A DNA stretch of 64,000 nucleotides, taken from contig OY760175.1 of assembly GCA_963663165.1 (NCBI GenBank), forward strand, positions 96,001 to 160,000. The letters are read 5' to 3'. The notes beneath the pieces are model-generated. The model worked only from the letters and a program-made list of their open reading frames with translations. It did not search any database and was not told the origin of the DNA. The stretch is from an uncultured Desulfospira sp. GTDB lineage: Bacteria; Desulfobacterota; Desulfobacteria; Desulfobacterales; Desulfobacteraceae. Positions 36,589 to 44,987 of this stretch are shown here, piece after piece. The position numbers were made by a program, and so were the translations under genes. Numbering within the stretch: the stretch's first letter is position 1; each line of letters starts with the position of its first letter.

Positions 36589-37800
36589 TTGATTTATTTG
36601 ATCAGCATTCTGGTATTTTCCGGGGTGATCGGCATCCTTGTGGCGGTGCTGCTTTTTGTTGAGTCCAGGGTCGCAGGAGAGGGGTCCCACACCGTCACCA
36701 TCAACGATAATGCCGATGAGCCCCTTGAGGTCCAGGGCACCCCCACCCTGTTGTCCGCCCTGTCCAAAGAGGGGATTTTCCTGCCGTCTGCCTGCGGCGG
36801 GTCCGGGTCCTGCGGCATGTGCAAATGCGTGGTCACTAAAGGGGGCGGATCTGTCCTGCCCACGGAGCTGGCCCACCTGTCCCGGGCTGAGAAAATGGAA
36901 GGCAAACGCCTCTCCTGCCAGGTTAAAATCAAGGACAACATGGCCATCAAAGTCCCGGAATCCATTTTCGGGATTAAAAAAGTTCAGGCCACGGTGGTCT
37001 CCAACCATAATGTGGCCACCTTTATCAAAGAACTGGTTCTCAAGCCCGACACCCCCATTGATTTCAAGGCCGGGGCTTATATGCAGATTGATGTGCCCGA
37101 ATACGATATCCATTTCAAGGAATTTAACATTGAATCCAAGTACGTGAGCGAATGGAAAAAATTCAACCTTCTGGAACTTGCCGCCAAGGGCATTAAGCCC
37201 GGCTTCAGGGCTTATTCCCTGGCCAATCCCTCTTATGAAAATGAGATCCTGGCCTTTAACGTCCGGATTGCCACGCCGCCGCCGGGAACCGAAGGAATTC
37301 CGCCCGGGTTCGGCTCTTCCTACGTGTTCGGCCTCACCCCGGGGGACCGGGTCACCGTGTCCGGCCCTTACGGGGATTTTATGGCCAGGGACACGGACCG
37401 GGAAATGTGTTTTATCGGCGGCGGTGCGGGCATGGCCCCGCTGCGCAGCCATATTTTTCAGCAGCTTCGGGGCCTGAAGACCTCCCGGAAGATTTCCTTC
37501 TGGTACGGGGCCCGTTCCCTAAAAGAGCTCTTTTATGACGAGGATTTTAAAGCCCTGGACCGGGAGTTTGATAATTTTTCCTATCATGTGGCCCTCTCCT
37601 CACCGGAAAAAGAGGATAACTGGACCGGCCTGACCGGTTTTATCAATGTTCACCTGTGCGACGCTTATCTGTGTAAACATGACGACCCCGGCGAGATTGA
37701 GTTTTATCTGTGCGGGCCGCCGCCCATGATTGATTCGGTGATTCACTCCCTTCATGATTATGGGGTGGAGGATGATATGATATTTTATGACAAATTTTAA
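36589..37800 (+). CDS. nqrF: Na+-NQR subunit F
   Basis: N-terminal TM, SACGGSGSCGMC, RLSCQ, NVATFIKEL, RAYS, GGGAGMAP, WYGARS, CGPPPM. Confidence 0.95.
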   Translation: MIYLISILVFSGVIGILVAVLLFVESRVAGEGSHTVTINDNADEPLEVQGTPTLLSALSKEGIFLPSACGGSGSCGMCKCVVTKGGGSVLPTELAHLSRAEKMEGKRLSCQVKIKDNMAIKVPESIFGIKKVQATVVSNHNVATFIKELVLKPDTPIDFKAGAYMQIDVPEYDIHFKEFNIESKYVSEWKKFNLLELAAKGIKPGFRAYSLANPSYENEILAFNVRIATPPPGTEGIPPGFGSSYVFGLTPGDRVTVSGPYGDFMARDTDREMCFIGGGAGMAPLRSHIFQQLRGLKTSRKISFWYGARSLKELFYDEDFKALDREFDNFSYHVALSSPEKEDNWTGLTGFINVHLCDAYLCKHDDPGEIEFYLCGPPPMIDSVIHSLHDYGVEDDMIFYDKF

Positions 37801-37805
37801 AAATA

Positions 37806-37899
37806 GGCTGAAGGTGGATAGGCTGAAGGCTGAAGTTTGCGCTGCACGAATGGTATTAAAACCCTTCAGTCTAAAACCCTTCAGTCTAACTACCTAACC
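37806..37899. repeat. Heptamer inverted repeat (GCTGAAG family) after nqrF
   Basis: ggctgaag...ggctgaaggctgaag ... cccttcagtctaaaa cccttcagtctaac tacctaacc. Confidence 0.75.
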
Positions 37900-37914
37900 A
37901 GAAAGGAAATTTGT

Positions 37915-39639
37915 ATGGAATCAGCAGCCACACCCAACACGGTATGGTACTCCACCGATGCCAGGGACTTCGGACAGGTGGCCAAAAGTGTTCCCTGCCA
38001 GAACGCCTGCCCGGCCCGGACCAATATCCCCGGGTATATCCGGCTGATCTATGAAAAACGGTATTCCCGGGCCTATGAACTCAACCGGGGGGCCAATATC
38101 CTGCCCGGCGTCCTGGGACGAATCTGCTCAAGGCCCTGTGAAACAGCCTGCCGCCACGGGGAGCCCGGCAACGGCCAGAGCGTGGGCATCTGCCATTTAA
38201 AACGGGCCTGTGCCGACTTAAAGTCCCCCATGCATAAGATTGCCGAATCCCTTTACGGCCCCTCCGGCAAAAAGGTGGCCGTGATCGGGGCGGGGCCTGC
38301 GGGACTTGCCTGTGCCCATGACCTGGCGGTCTTTGGCCATGAGGTGGTGATCTTTGAGTCCCGGGAAAAGCCGGGCGGCATGCTCATGTACGGCATTCCC
38401 GAATTCCGGCTGCCCCGGGACCTGCTCATGGCCGAGATCAGCAATATCCTGCGCCTGGGCATTGTCCTTAAAACCCGTCAGAAAGTGGGAACGGATGTCA
38501 CCCTTGAGGACCTGAAAAAGGAGTTTCATGCGGTGGTGGTCTCCACGGGCTGTACCCGACCCAGAAAATTAGGGGTTCCGGGAGAGGATCTGGAAAATGT
38601 CTATGACGGCCTCAAATTCATGGATCTGGTCAATGCCGGGGAAAAACCCTTTGTGGGCAAGACCGTGGCCGTGATCGGCGCCGGGTTTACGGCCGTGGAC
38701 TGTGCCCGGTCCGCCCTTCGCTTAGGCGCTGAGCATGTGACCTTGAACATCCGGAAAACCCAGGAGCAGATGCGCATTGATGAGACGGAAAAGCACGAGG
38801 CCCTGTTTGAAGGGATAAGGATTCAGGCCCTGGTCCAGCCGTCAAAGATCCGGGGGGAGAACGGCAAAGTAACGGCCATTGAGTTTCAGCACACCCGGAT
38901 GGAAACAATTGACCAGCCGCCATATAAAATATCCCGTCCCATTGAAGGATCTGAATTCTCCATTCCCTGTGACAGCGTGATTGCCGCCTTGGGCCAGTCC
39001 CCGGACGGGGAGCCCATGGCCGTGGATATGGGGGAAATAGAACCCGGCATCCATAGGGCAGGGGATGGCAACCTGTTTGCAGCCGGAGACTTCTCTACCG
39101 GGTCCACCGACGTAATCACCGCCATTGCCGGGGGGCGGCAGTGCGCCCTGGCCGTGGATGCCTTTTTCATGGGAATTAAAAGAAGGGAATGGAAAGTAAG
39201 GCTGGCGCCGCAAACCACCACGGACCGGCCCAGGGCCTTTGATTTTATTCCCAGAACCCCTGTCAGCACCCTTGATATGGCCCAGCGCATGGCCTCTTAT
39301 ACCAACGAGGTGGAGACCGGGTTTGACCCGGACCATGCCCATGAGGAATCCAAGCGGTGCTACCTTTGCAACCTTAAGTATGAAATTGATCCCCTGCGGT
39401 GCATCTATTGCTCGGCCTGCATTGATGTGGCCCCCAAGGACTGCATCAAAATGGTGACGGACATTCCCATCGCCCCGGACGGCACTTATGGGGATTATCA
39501 GGAGACCCGGAAGTGGAATCAGGTGGTGTCCATCACCATTGACAATGACCAGTGTATCCGGTGCGGACAATGTTATGCGGTCTGCCCCATGGACTGTATT
39601 TCGGTCACCAGGACCGAGCTGGTCCGGACAGATCTGTAA
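37915..39639 (+). CDS. GltD/NfnB/DsrL-like FAD, NAD(P)H-dependent oxidoreductase with N- and C-terminal Fe-S domains
   Basis: PCQNACP, GRICSRPCETAC, GAGPAG, YGIPEFRLP, GAGFTAVD, FAAGD, RCYLC, CIYCSAC, CIRCGQCYAVCP. Confidence 0.88.
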   Translation: MESAATPNTVWYSTDARDFGQVAKSVPCQNACPARTNIPGYIRLIYEKRYSRAYELNRGANILPGVLGRICSRPCETACRHGEPGNGQSVGICHLKRACADLKSPMHKIAESLYGPSGKKVAVIGAGPAGLACAHDLAVFGHEVVIFESREKPGGMLMYGIPEFRLPRDLLMAEISNILRLGIVLKTRQKVGTDVTLEDLKKEFHAVVVSTGCTRPRKLGVPGEDLENVYDGLKFMDLVNAGEKPFVGKTVAVIGAGFTAVDCARSALRLGAEHVTLNIRKTQEQMRIDETEKHEALFEGIRIQALVQPSKIRGENGKVTAIEFQHTRMETIDQPPYKISRPIEGSEFSIPCDSVIAALGQSPDGEPMAVDMGEIEPGIHRAGDGNLFAAGDFSTGSTDVITAIAGGRQCALAVDAFFMGIKRREWKVRLAPQTTTDRPRAFDFIPRTPVSTLDMAQRMASYTNEVETGFDPDHAHEESKRCYLCNLKYEIDPLRCIYCSACIDVAPKDCIKMVTDIPIAPDGTYGDYQETRKWNQVVSITIDNDQCIRCGQCYAVCPMDCISVTRTELVRTDL

Positions 39640-39641
39640 CA

Positions 39642-39676
39642 GCAAAAGGCTAACAGCTAAAAGCTAACAGCTAATA
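39642..39676 (+). repeat. GCTAAMA heptamer array, 5 units, directly before an RBS
   Basis: gcaaaag gctaaca gctaaaa gctaaca gctaata then aaggag. Confidence 0.85.
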
Positions 39677-39687
39677 AAGGAGTCAAG

Positions 39688-40716
39688 ATGAGCAGCCATT
39701 ATGTAATTCTGGGAAACGGACCTGCCGGGAACCGGGCCGCCCTGACCCTGAGGGAGCATGATCCTGAAGGGGACATCACCATCATTTCCGATGAAAATAT
39801 CGAGTTTTACTATAAACCCAGGCTGACCGGATACCTGGCCGGGAAGGTGGCCCAGGAACGGCTCAAGGTAAGGGATTTCAAGTTTTATGAAGACAAGGGC
39901 ATCCGGCTTCGGTTAGGCCAGAAAGTCAGTGCCCTGGATCTGGACCAAAATCAGGTCCTGCTGGATCACTGCGAAACCGTGGGCTTCGACAGGCTCATCA
40001 TTGCCGCAGGCTCAACCGAGCGGCTGCTGCCAAGCCTTGCCCCCTTTAAGGAACACCTGAAATTCATCACCTCCTACAAAGCGGTCATGGCCTTTAAGGA
40101 TCAGATTCAACAGGCCAACGAGTTTTTTCTGCTGGGCGGGGACCTGGTGGGGTTCCGGTTTTCAAGCATGCTCAGGTCCATGGGCAAGCGCGTCACCATG
40201 CTGTTGTTTCCCGATGCCTTCTGGCCCTTTAACCTGACCGATGAGATGCTGAAAAATATTGAGGCAAGCCTCTCCAACACCGGAACAAAGGTAATCCCGC
40301 GGGATGCCCTGGCCCATGTGGAGACCCGGGACGGCAAACCCTGGATCACCACCAGAGCCGGTATTGAACAGGCCGCAGACCTGGTATTCTCCTTTAACGG
40401 GCTCATCCCCCGGGTGGATTTTGCCAAAGGCTCGGGCCTGGACATTGACCGGGGCATTCTGGTCAATGAATTTTTGCAGACCAATGTGGAACATGTCTAT
40501 GCCTGCGGCTCCTGCGCCCAGATTTACCATCCCGGGATCAAGGCCTATATCACCTCCATGGGCTGGCCCAACGCCGACATCCAGGGAAAGACCGCGGCCT
40601 TGAACCTGCTTGGGGAAAGCCGGCGGGTCGAGTCGGCCCCGCGCAAGTACTTTGACCTGGAAGGGGTGCAGATCAAGACCGCCTGGTGGGATGATATTGA
40701 CAGCTTTGATATATGA
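39688..40716 (+). CDS. FAD-dependent pyridine nucleotide-disulfide oxidoreductase (rubredoxin-reductase-like)
   Basis: VILGNGPAG, YYKP.L, FDRLIIAAGS, GILVNEFLQTN...VYACGSCA; second GxG motif degenerate (GGDLVG). Confidence 0.85.
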   Translation: MSSHYVILGNGPAGNRAALTLREHDPEGDITIISDENIEFYYKPRLTGYLAGKVAQERLKVRDFKFYEDKGIRLRLGQKVSALDLDQNQVLLDHCETVGFDRLIIAAGSTERLLPSLAPFKEHLKFITSYKAVMAFKDQIQQANEFFLLGGDLVGFRFSSMLRSMGKRVTMLLFPDAFWPFNLTDEMLKNIEASLSNTGTKVIPRDALAHVETRDGKPWITTRAGIEQAADLVFSFNGLIPRVDFAKGSGLDIDRGILVNEFLQTNVEHVYACGSCAQIYHPGIKAYITSMGWPNADIQGKTAALNLLGESRRVESAPRKYFDLEGVQIKTAWWDDIDSFDI

Positions 40717-40803
40717 GATTCTGGGATATGGGACTTGGGATATGGGGCTTGCGGGACAGTTTGATAATGCAACCCCAAGTCCCAAATCCCAAGTCCCATA
40801 TCC
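40713..40803. repeat. Inverted heptamer repeat (TGGGAYW family)
   Basis: tgggata tgggact tgggata tgggg ... ccccaag tcccaaa tcccaag tcccata tcc. Confidence 0.9.
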
Positions 40804-40821
40804 TGATAAAGAGGAAAAACA

Positions 40822-42585
40822 ATGAAACATATCAACATGGTAATTGAAATATGCGGCAGTGCGGGGGAGGGGACCATATCGGCCGGTGAAATCCTAAGCC
40901 GTTTCATGAGCTCTCAGGGGTTTGAAATCATGTCCTTTGATTCCTACCCGGCAGAGATCCGGGGGTTTGGAAAATGCGTGGCCCACACCCGGATTTCCAC
41001 AAAACCGCTCTATTCGCCGGGCAAGCTTTCCGATGTGCTCATTGCCCTGAATGATGCCCACGCCATTTCCCAGCTGCCGGTGTTAAAGCCCGGGGGGATT
41101 TTGATATACGACAGCCAGCCCGCCAGAACCCATGAAGAGGATTCAAGCGTGCTGGGACAGAAGGCGGCCTCCGTCACGGCCTACGGTATTCCTCTGGCTG
41201 AGCTGGCTCAGAAGGCGGCCGGAAATACCCGGGGCCGGAACATGGTGGCCTTGGGTGCCCTGGCTGCCCTGACCGGCATGGACCGGGACCGGTTTACAAC
41301 GTCCATCAAAGACCGGTATGCCAAGAAAAAGCAGGTGGTCATTGATTCCAATGTGAATTCCTTTCTGGAGGGGTTTGACTGGACCAGAGACAACATTGAT
41401 AAGGAAGATGAGCTGACCCTGGACGGGGTGACCCCGGAAATATCAGGGGACAAACTGATCATTAACGGCAATCAGCTCACGGCCATGGCCGCCCTGGATG
41501 CCAACCTCAAGTTTTATGCGGGATACCCCATCACCCCGGCCACCAAGATCATGGAGATTTTAAGCAAGGAGCTGCCCAAGGTGGGGGGAACCCTGCTCCA
41601 GACCGAAGATGAAATCTCGGCCATCGGGGCCGTGATCGGGGCAGGATTCGGCGGGGTTCGGGCCATGACGGCCACCTCGGGCCCGGGGTTTGCCCTGATG
41701 ACCGAATTCACCGGCCTGTCCGTCATGGCCGAGGTCCCGGCCGTCATTGTCAACTCCCAGCGGGGAGGACCCTCCACCGGCATTCCCACCAAGACCGAGC
41801 AAAGCGATTTTGAGGCCGCCGTCTTAGGGGGAACCGGGGACTGCCCCCGGGTGGTGCTGGCCCCCACGGACACGGCCTCATGCTATTCGGCCACGGTCCT
41901 GGGGCTCTATCTGGCTGAAAAATACCAGACCCTGGTGGTGATCCTTTTAGATTTTTTTCTGTCCAATTCCATTAAAAATATCAGTGTGCCGGGAAAGCCC
42001 TCTGCCCAACTGATCAACGCCCATGTGGTCCCGGGCCCCGAAGAGCTCAAAGATTACAAACGGTATCGGTTTACCGAAAACGGCATTTCACCCCGGGCCA
42101 TCCCCGGCACCCCGGACGGCATGTTTTTTGCCACCGGCCTGGAACACGATGAGAACGGGCGCCCCAATTACACCGACAAGGGGCATCTGGCCATGACCGA
42201 AAAACGGTTTAAGAAGCACGGGGCTGTTCTTGAGGAAGCCCCGGAACCGGATCTGATTGAACCGGAAAACGGCCGGGCCGATATCGGGGTGATTTCCTGG
42301 GGATCCTCGGCCGGAGCCGCCAAGGAAGCCGTGGCCGCGGCCCGGGATGAGGGCATCTCAGCGGCCTGTTTCAGCAGCCTGATGCTCTCGCCCTTTCCGG
42401 AACAGGCCGTCAGGGATTTCTCAAATCAATGCCGGAAGATCCTGGTGCCGGAGCTGAACTATTCAGGACAGTTTGCGGCCTTTGTGTCCGGGATGATCCA
42501 CCGGCCTGTGGAACGGCTCAATTTTATTACGGGCAGGCCCATGGCATCGGAAGACATTCTCGAAAAGATAAGGGAGATGAAATAA
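40822..42585 (+). CDS. 2-oxoacid:ferredoxin oxidoreductase alpha subunit (gamma-alpha fusion)
   Basis: GSAGEG..SAG, YPAEIRG, FYAGYPITPAT, EDEISA, TATSGPG, QRGGPSTGIPTKTEQSD, TGLEHDE. Confidence 0.93.
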   Translation: MKHINMVIEICGSAGEGTISAGEILSRFMSSQGFEIMSFDSYPAEIRGFGKCVAHTRISTKPLYSPGKLSDVLIALNDAHAISQLPVLKPGGILIYDSQPARTHEEDSSVLGQKAASVTAYGIPLAELAQKAAGNTRGRNMVALGALAALTGMDRDRFTTSIKDRYAKKKQVVIDSNVNSFLEGFDWTRDNIDKEDELTLDGVTPEISGDKLIINGNQLTAMAALDANLKFYAGYPITPATKIMEILSKELPKVGGTLLQTEDEISAIGAVIGAGFGGVRAMTATSGPGFALMTEFTGLSVMAEVPAVIVNSQRGGPSTGIPTKTEQSDFEAAVLGGTGDCPRVVLAPTDTASCYSATVLGLYLAEKYQTLVVILLDFFLSNSIKNISVPGKPSAQLINAHVVPGPEELKDYKRYRFTENGISPRAIPGTPDGMFFATGLEHDENGRPNYTDKGHLAMTEKRFKKHGAVLEEAPEPDLIEPENGRADIGVISWGSSAGAAKEAVAAARDEGISAACFSSLMLSPFPEQAVRDFSNQCRKILVPELNYSGQFAAFVSGMIHRPVERLNFITGRPMASEDILEKIREMK

Positions 42586-43418
42586 TGCCGTTTTTAGACG
42601 AAAAACTTGATCAGGTCCGGGCCCGTGATTTTCTTCAGTACAGGTCCGGGGACCTTCCCACCTGGTGTCCGGGGTGCGGGTATTTTGGCATCATGGACGC
42701 CTTTTACAAGGCTGTCAAAGAGCTCGGGCTCAAGCACGAGGAAATTTGCATGGTCTCCGGGATCGGCTGTTCCGGCCGGACCCCGATATTTGCCGATACT
42801 TACGGGTTTCATACCCTTCACGGCCGGTCCATCCCCGTGGCATCCGGGTTAAAGCTGTCCCGGGACGATTTGACGGTGTTTGCCGTGGCCGGTGACGGGG
42901 ATGCCTTGGGGATCGGCGGGGGGCACCTGCCCCACATTGCCCGCAAAAATATTGACATCACCTTTCTGCTCTTTGATAACTCCATTTACGGGCTGACCAA
43001 AGGGCAGTCTTCGGCCACCACCTCCTTTGCCATGAAGACCAGTTCCCACCCCAGCGGCAACCCGGACACCCCCCTGAACCCCATTAAGCTGGCCCTGGCA
43101 TACGGGGCCTCTTTTGTGGCCAGGGCCTATGCCGGGGACCCGGAAACCACCAAAGAGATCATCAAGCAGGGGACCCGTCACACCGGGTTCAGCTTTATCC
43201 AGATCCTGACCCCCTGCGTGACCTTTGACAAGACCAACCGGACCTGGAAAGCCCTGAAGGAGAATGTCTATCACCTGACCTTTCCGGCCAAAGAGAAAAA
43301 TATGGAGGCCGCCATGCGGGCCGCGGAGTATGAGCCTTATGCCGTGGGCGTGTTTTATCAGGATGCGGACCGGCCCGGCTACCGGGAGGTGCTTGAAAGG
43401 ATGAAGGCTGAAGGATGA
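42585..43418 (+). CDS. 2-oxoacid:ferredoxin oxidoreductase beta subunit
   Basis: WCPGCG, SGIGCS, HTLHGR, GDGD...DNSIYGLTKGQ TPP motif; TAATG overlap with the alpha gene. Confidence 0.93.
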   Translation: MPFLDEKLDQVRARDFLQYRSGDLPTWCPGCGYFGIMDAFYKAVKELGLKHEEICMVSGIGCSGRTPIFADTYGFHTLHGRSIPVASGLKLSRDDLTVFAVAGDGDALGIGGGHLPHIARKNIDITFLLFDNSIYGLTKGQSSATTSFAMKTSSHPSGNPDTPLNPIKLALAYGASFVARAYAGDPETTKEIIKQGTRHTGFSFIQILTPCVTFDKTNRTWKALKENVYHLTFPAKEKNMEAAMRAAEYEPYAVGVFYQDADRPGYREVLERMKAEG

Positions 43419-43427
43419 AGGATGAAA
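43400..43427 (+). repeat. GMTGAAG heptamer array overlapping the beta-subunit stop
   Basis: gatgaag gctgaag gatgaag gatgaaa. Confidence 0.7.
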
Positions 43428-43443
43428 TTGTGAGGGATACCCT

Positions 43444-43890
43444 ATGAGCGAGAACCAGTTGATTGTCCGGTGCGCGGCCTGCGGCACCAAAAACCGGGTG
43501 CCGGAGAGCCGGATAACCCAGCAGCCCAAGTGCGGAAAATGCGGGGAACTGCTGCGGGTTGAGATTTTTGACAAGCCGGTGAATGTGACCGATGCCGGCT
43601 TTGAGCGGGAGGTGATCCAGTCGGCCATTCCCGTGCTGGTGGACTGCTGGGCCCCCTGGTGCGGCCCCTGCCGGGCCGTGGCCCCCATCCTGGATGAGCT
43701 GGCCGCAGGGTTCAGGGGACGCCTTAAGATCGCCAAGGTCAATGTGGATGAGAATCCCATGACCAGTTCCCGGTACGGCATTCAGAGCATTCCCACCATG
43801 CTCTTTGTCAAAAACGGAAAGGTCATGGATCAGGTGGCCGGGGCCCTGCCCAAAGAGGCATTGGAAAGCCGGATTGCCGCATTCCTCTAA
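43444..43890 (+). CDS. trxC: Thioredoxin 2 (zinc-finger thioredoxin)
   Basis: CAACGTKNRV...CGKC, WAPWCGPC, SIPT. Confidence 0.93.
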   Translation: MSENQLIVRCAACGTKNRVPESRITQQPKCGKCGELLRVEIFDKPVNVTDAGFEREVIQSAIPVLVDCWAPWCGPCRAVAPILDELAAGFRGRLKIAKVNVDENPMTSSRYGIQSIPTMLFVKNGKVMDQVAGALPKEALESRIAAFL

Positions 43891-43897
43891 ACCAGGG

Positions 43898-44860
43898 TTG
43901 CCGGAGCTAAGAAGCCCGGATTTCGGTAATTTTCTTGAAACAACCTGGGGAATCCGCATCAAGGCAGTCCGGCCGGAATTCTGTATTCAGGGCAGCCCCC
44001 AGCGGACCCTTGCCCGGGCCGTGATCGAGGAACAGGACCATGGCCTGTTCCTGCTGGAAAAATTTGATCCGCACAAGGTTGACCATCGCCGGAATGTGGC
44101 CCATGCCCTGGCCTTTCTTGACGGAAAGGGGCTTGGCCGGATCCTGCCCCCCATCAACACGTTAAGCCGGGAGGCGCTGCCGTTCTGGGGGGACGGCGGC
44201 TGGCAGCTTACCCGGTTTGTTGCGGGAACCGGGCTTGACCGGCCCGGATATCTGGCATCAGCCCCCATGGGCGCAAACCTTGCCGATTTTCTGGTCCGGA
44301 TGCAAACGGCCTCAAAGGGCATTGAGACCGTGGTGCCGGTTTCTGTCTTTTCCATTCCATCCTATATCCAGACCCTCATGGACCGGGTGAAAATCCATCG
44401 TCCTGAAATCTACCGGCGATATCATCCCTTTGCCCGTTTTCTTGACCGCAAGTTCATGAAGGCCCATGACCGGATTCCAGCGGCTTTCTGCCACGGGGAT
44501 TTTCATCCCCTTAATGTGATCTGGCACCATGAAACCCCCCTGGCCGTCATTGACTGGGAGTTTACCGGGTTTAAGCCTGAAATTTTTGATGCCGCCAACC
44601 TGGTGGGCTGCGCCGGCATCGAAGACCCGGAGGGCCTTGGCATGCCCATGGTCATGACCTTTATCCGGAAACTTAAGGCATCCGGGATCATCAGCCCTGA
44701 GGGGTGGGACCTGTTCCCGGAATATGTTCTGGCCCTGCGCTTTGCCTGGCTGTCCGAATGGCTGCGCCATAACGACACCGTTATGCTGGACCTTGAAGCC
44801 CGATTCATGGACATCCTGATGACCCGCATGGACGACCTGCGCCGGATCTGGAATTGCTGA
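43898..44860 (+). CDS. Phosphotransferase (APH / type II homoserine kinase-like); start uncertain
   Basis: CHGDFHPLNVIW, VIDWEF, D.AN. Confidence 0.8.
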   Translation: MPELRSPDFGNFLETTWGIRIKAVRPEFCIQGSPQRTLARAVIEEQDHGLFLLEKFDPHKVDHRRNVAHALAFLDGKGLGRILPPINTLSREALPFWGDGGWQLTRFVAGTGLDRPGYLASAPMGANLADFLVRMQTASKGIETVVPVSVFSIPSYIQTLMDRVKIHRPEIYRRYHPFARFLDRKFMKAHDRIPAAFCHGDFHPLNVIWHHETPLAVIDWEFTGFKPEIFDAANLVGCAGIEDPEGLGMPMVMTFIRKLKASGIISPEGWDLFPEYVLALRFAWLSEWLRHNDTVMLDLEARFMDILMTRMDDLRRIWNC

Positions 44861-44987
44861 AAAAACCGGAAACTGCAATTGGGGCTGTCCCAAAATTACA
44901 CGCTTGGCCCAGCCTTAGAGACACCTTGCTCAATGACGGAATTACTGAATCCGCCAGAAATAGTTAAGATCATGAACATTGCCCAGA

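Noticed and set aside
36331..37452. Long antisense or alternate-frame ORFs (also 17313-18038, 27503-28321, 42849-43781, 38842-39645 and others)
   Set aside because: They shadow well-supported genes on the opposite strand, as expected in GC-rich coding DNA, and show no motifs.
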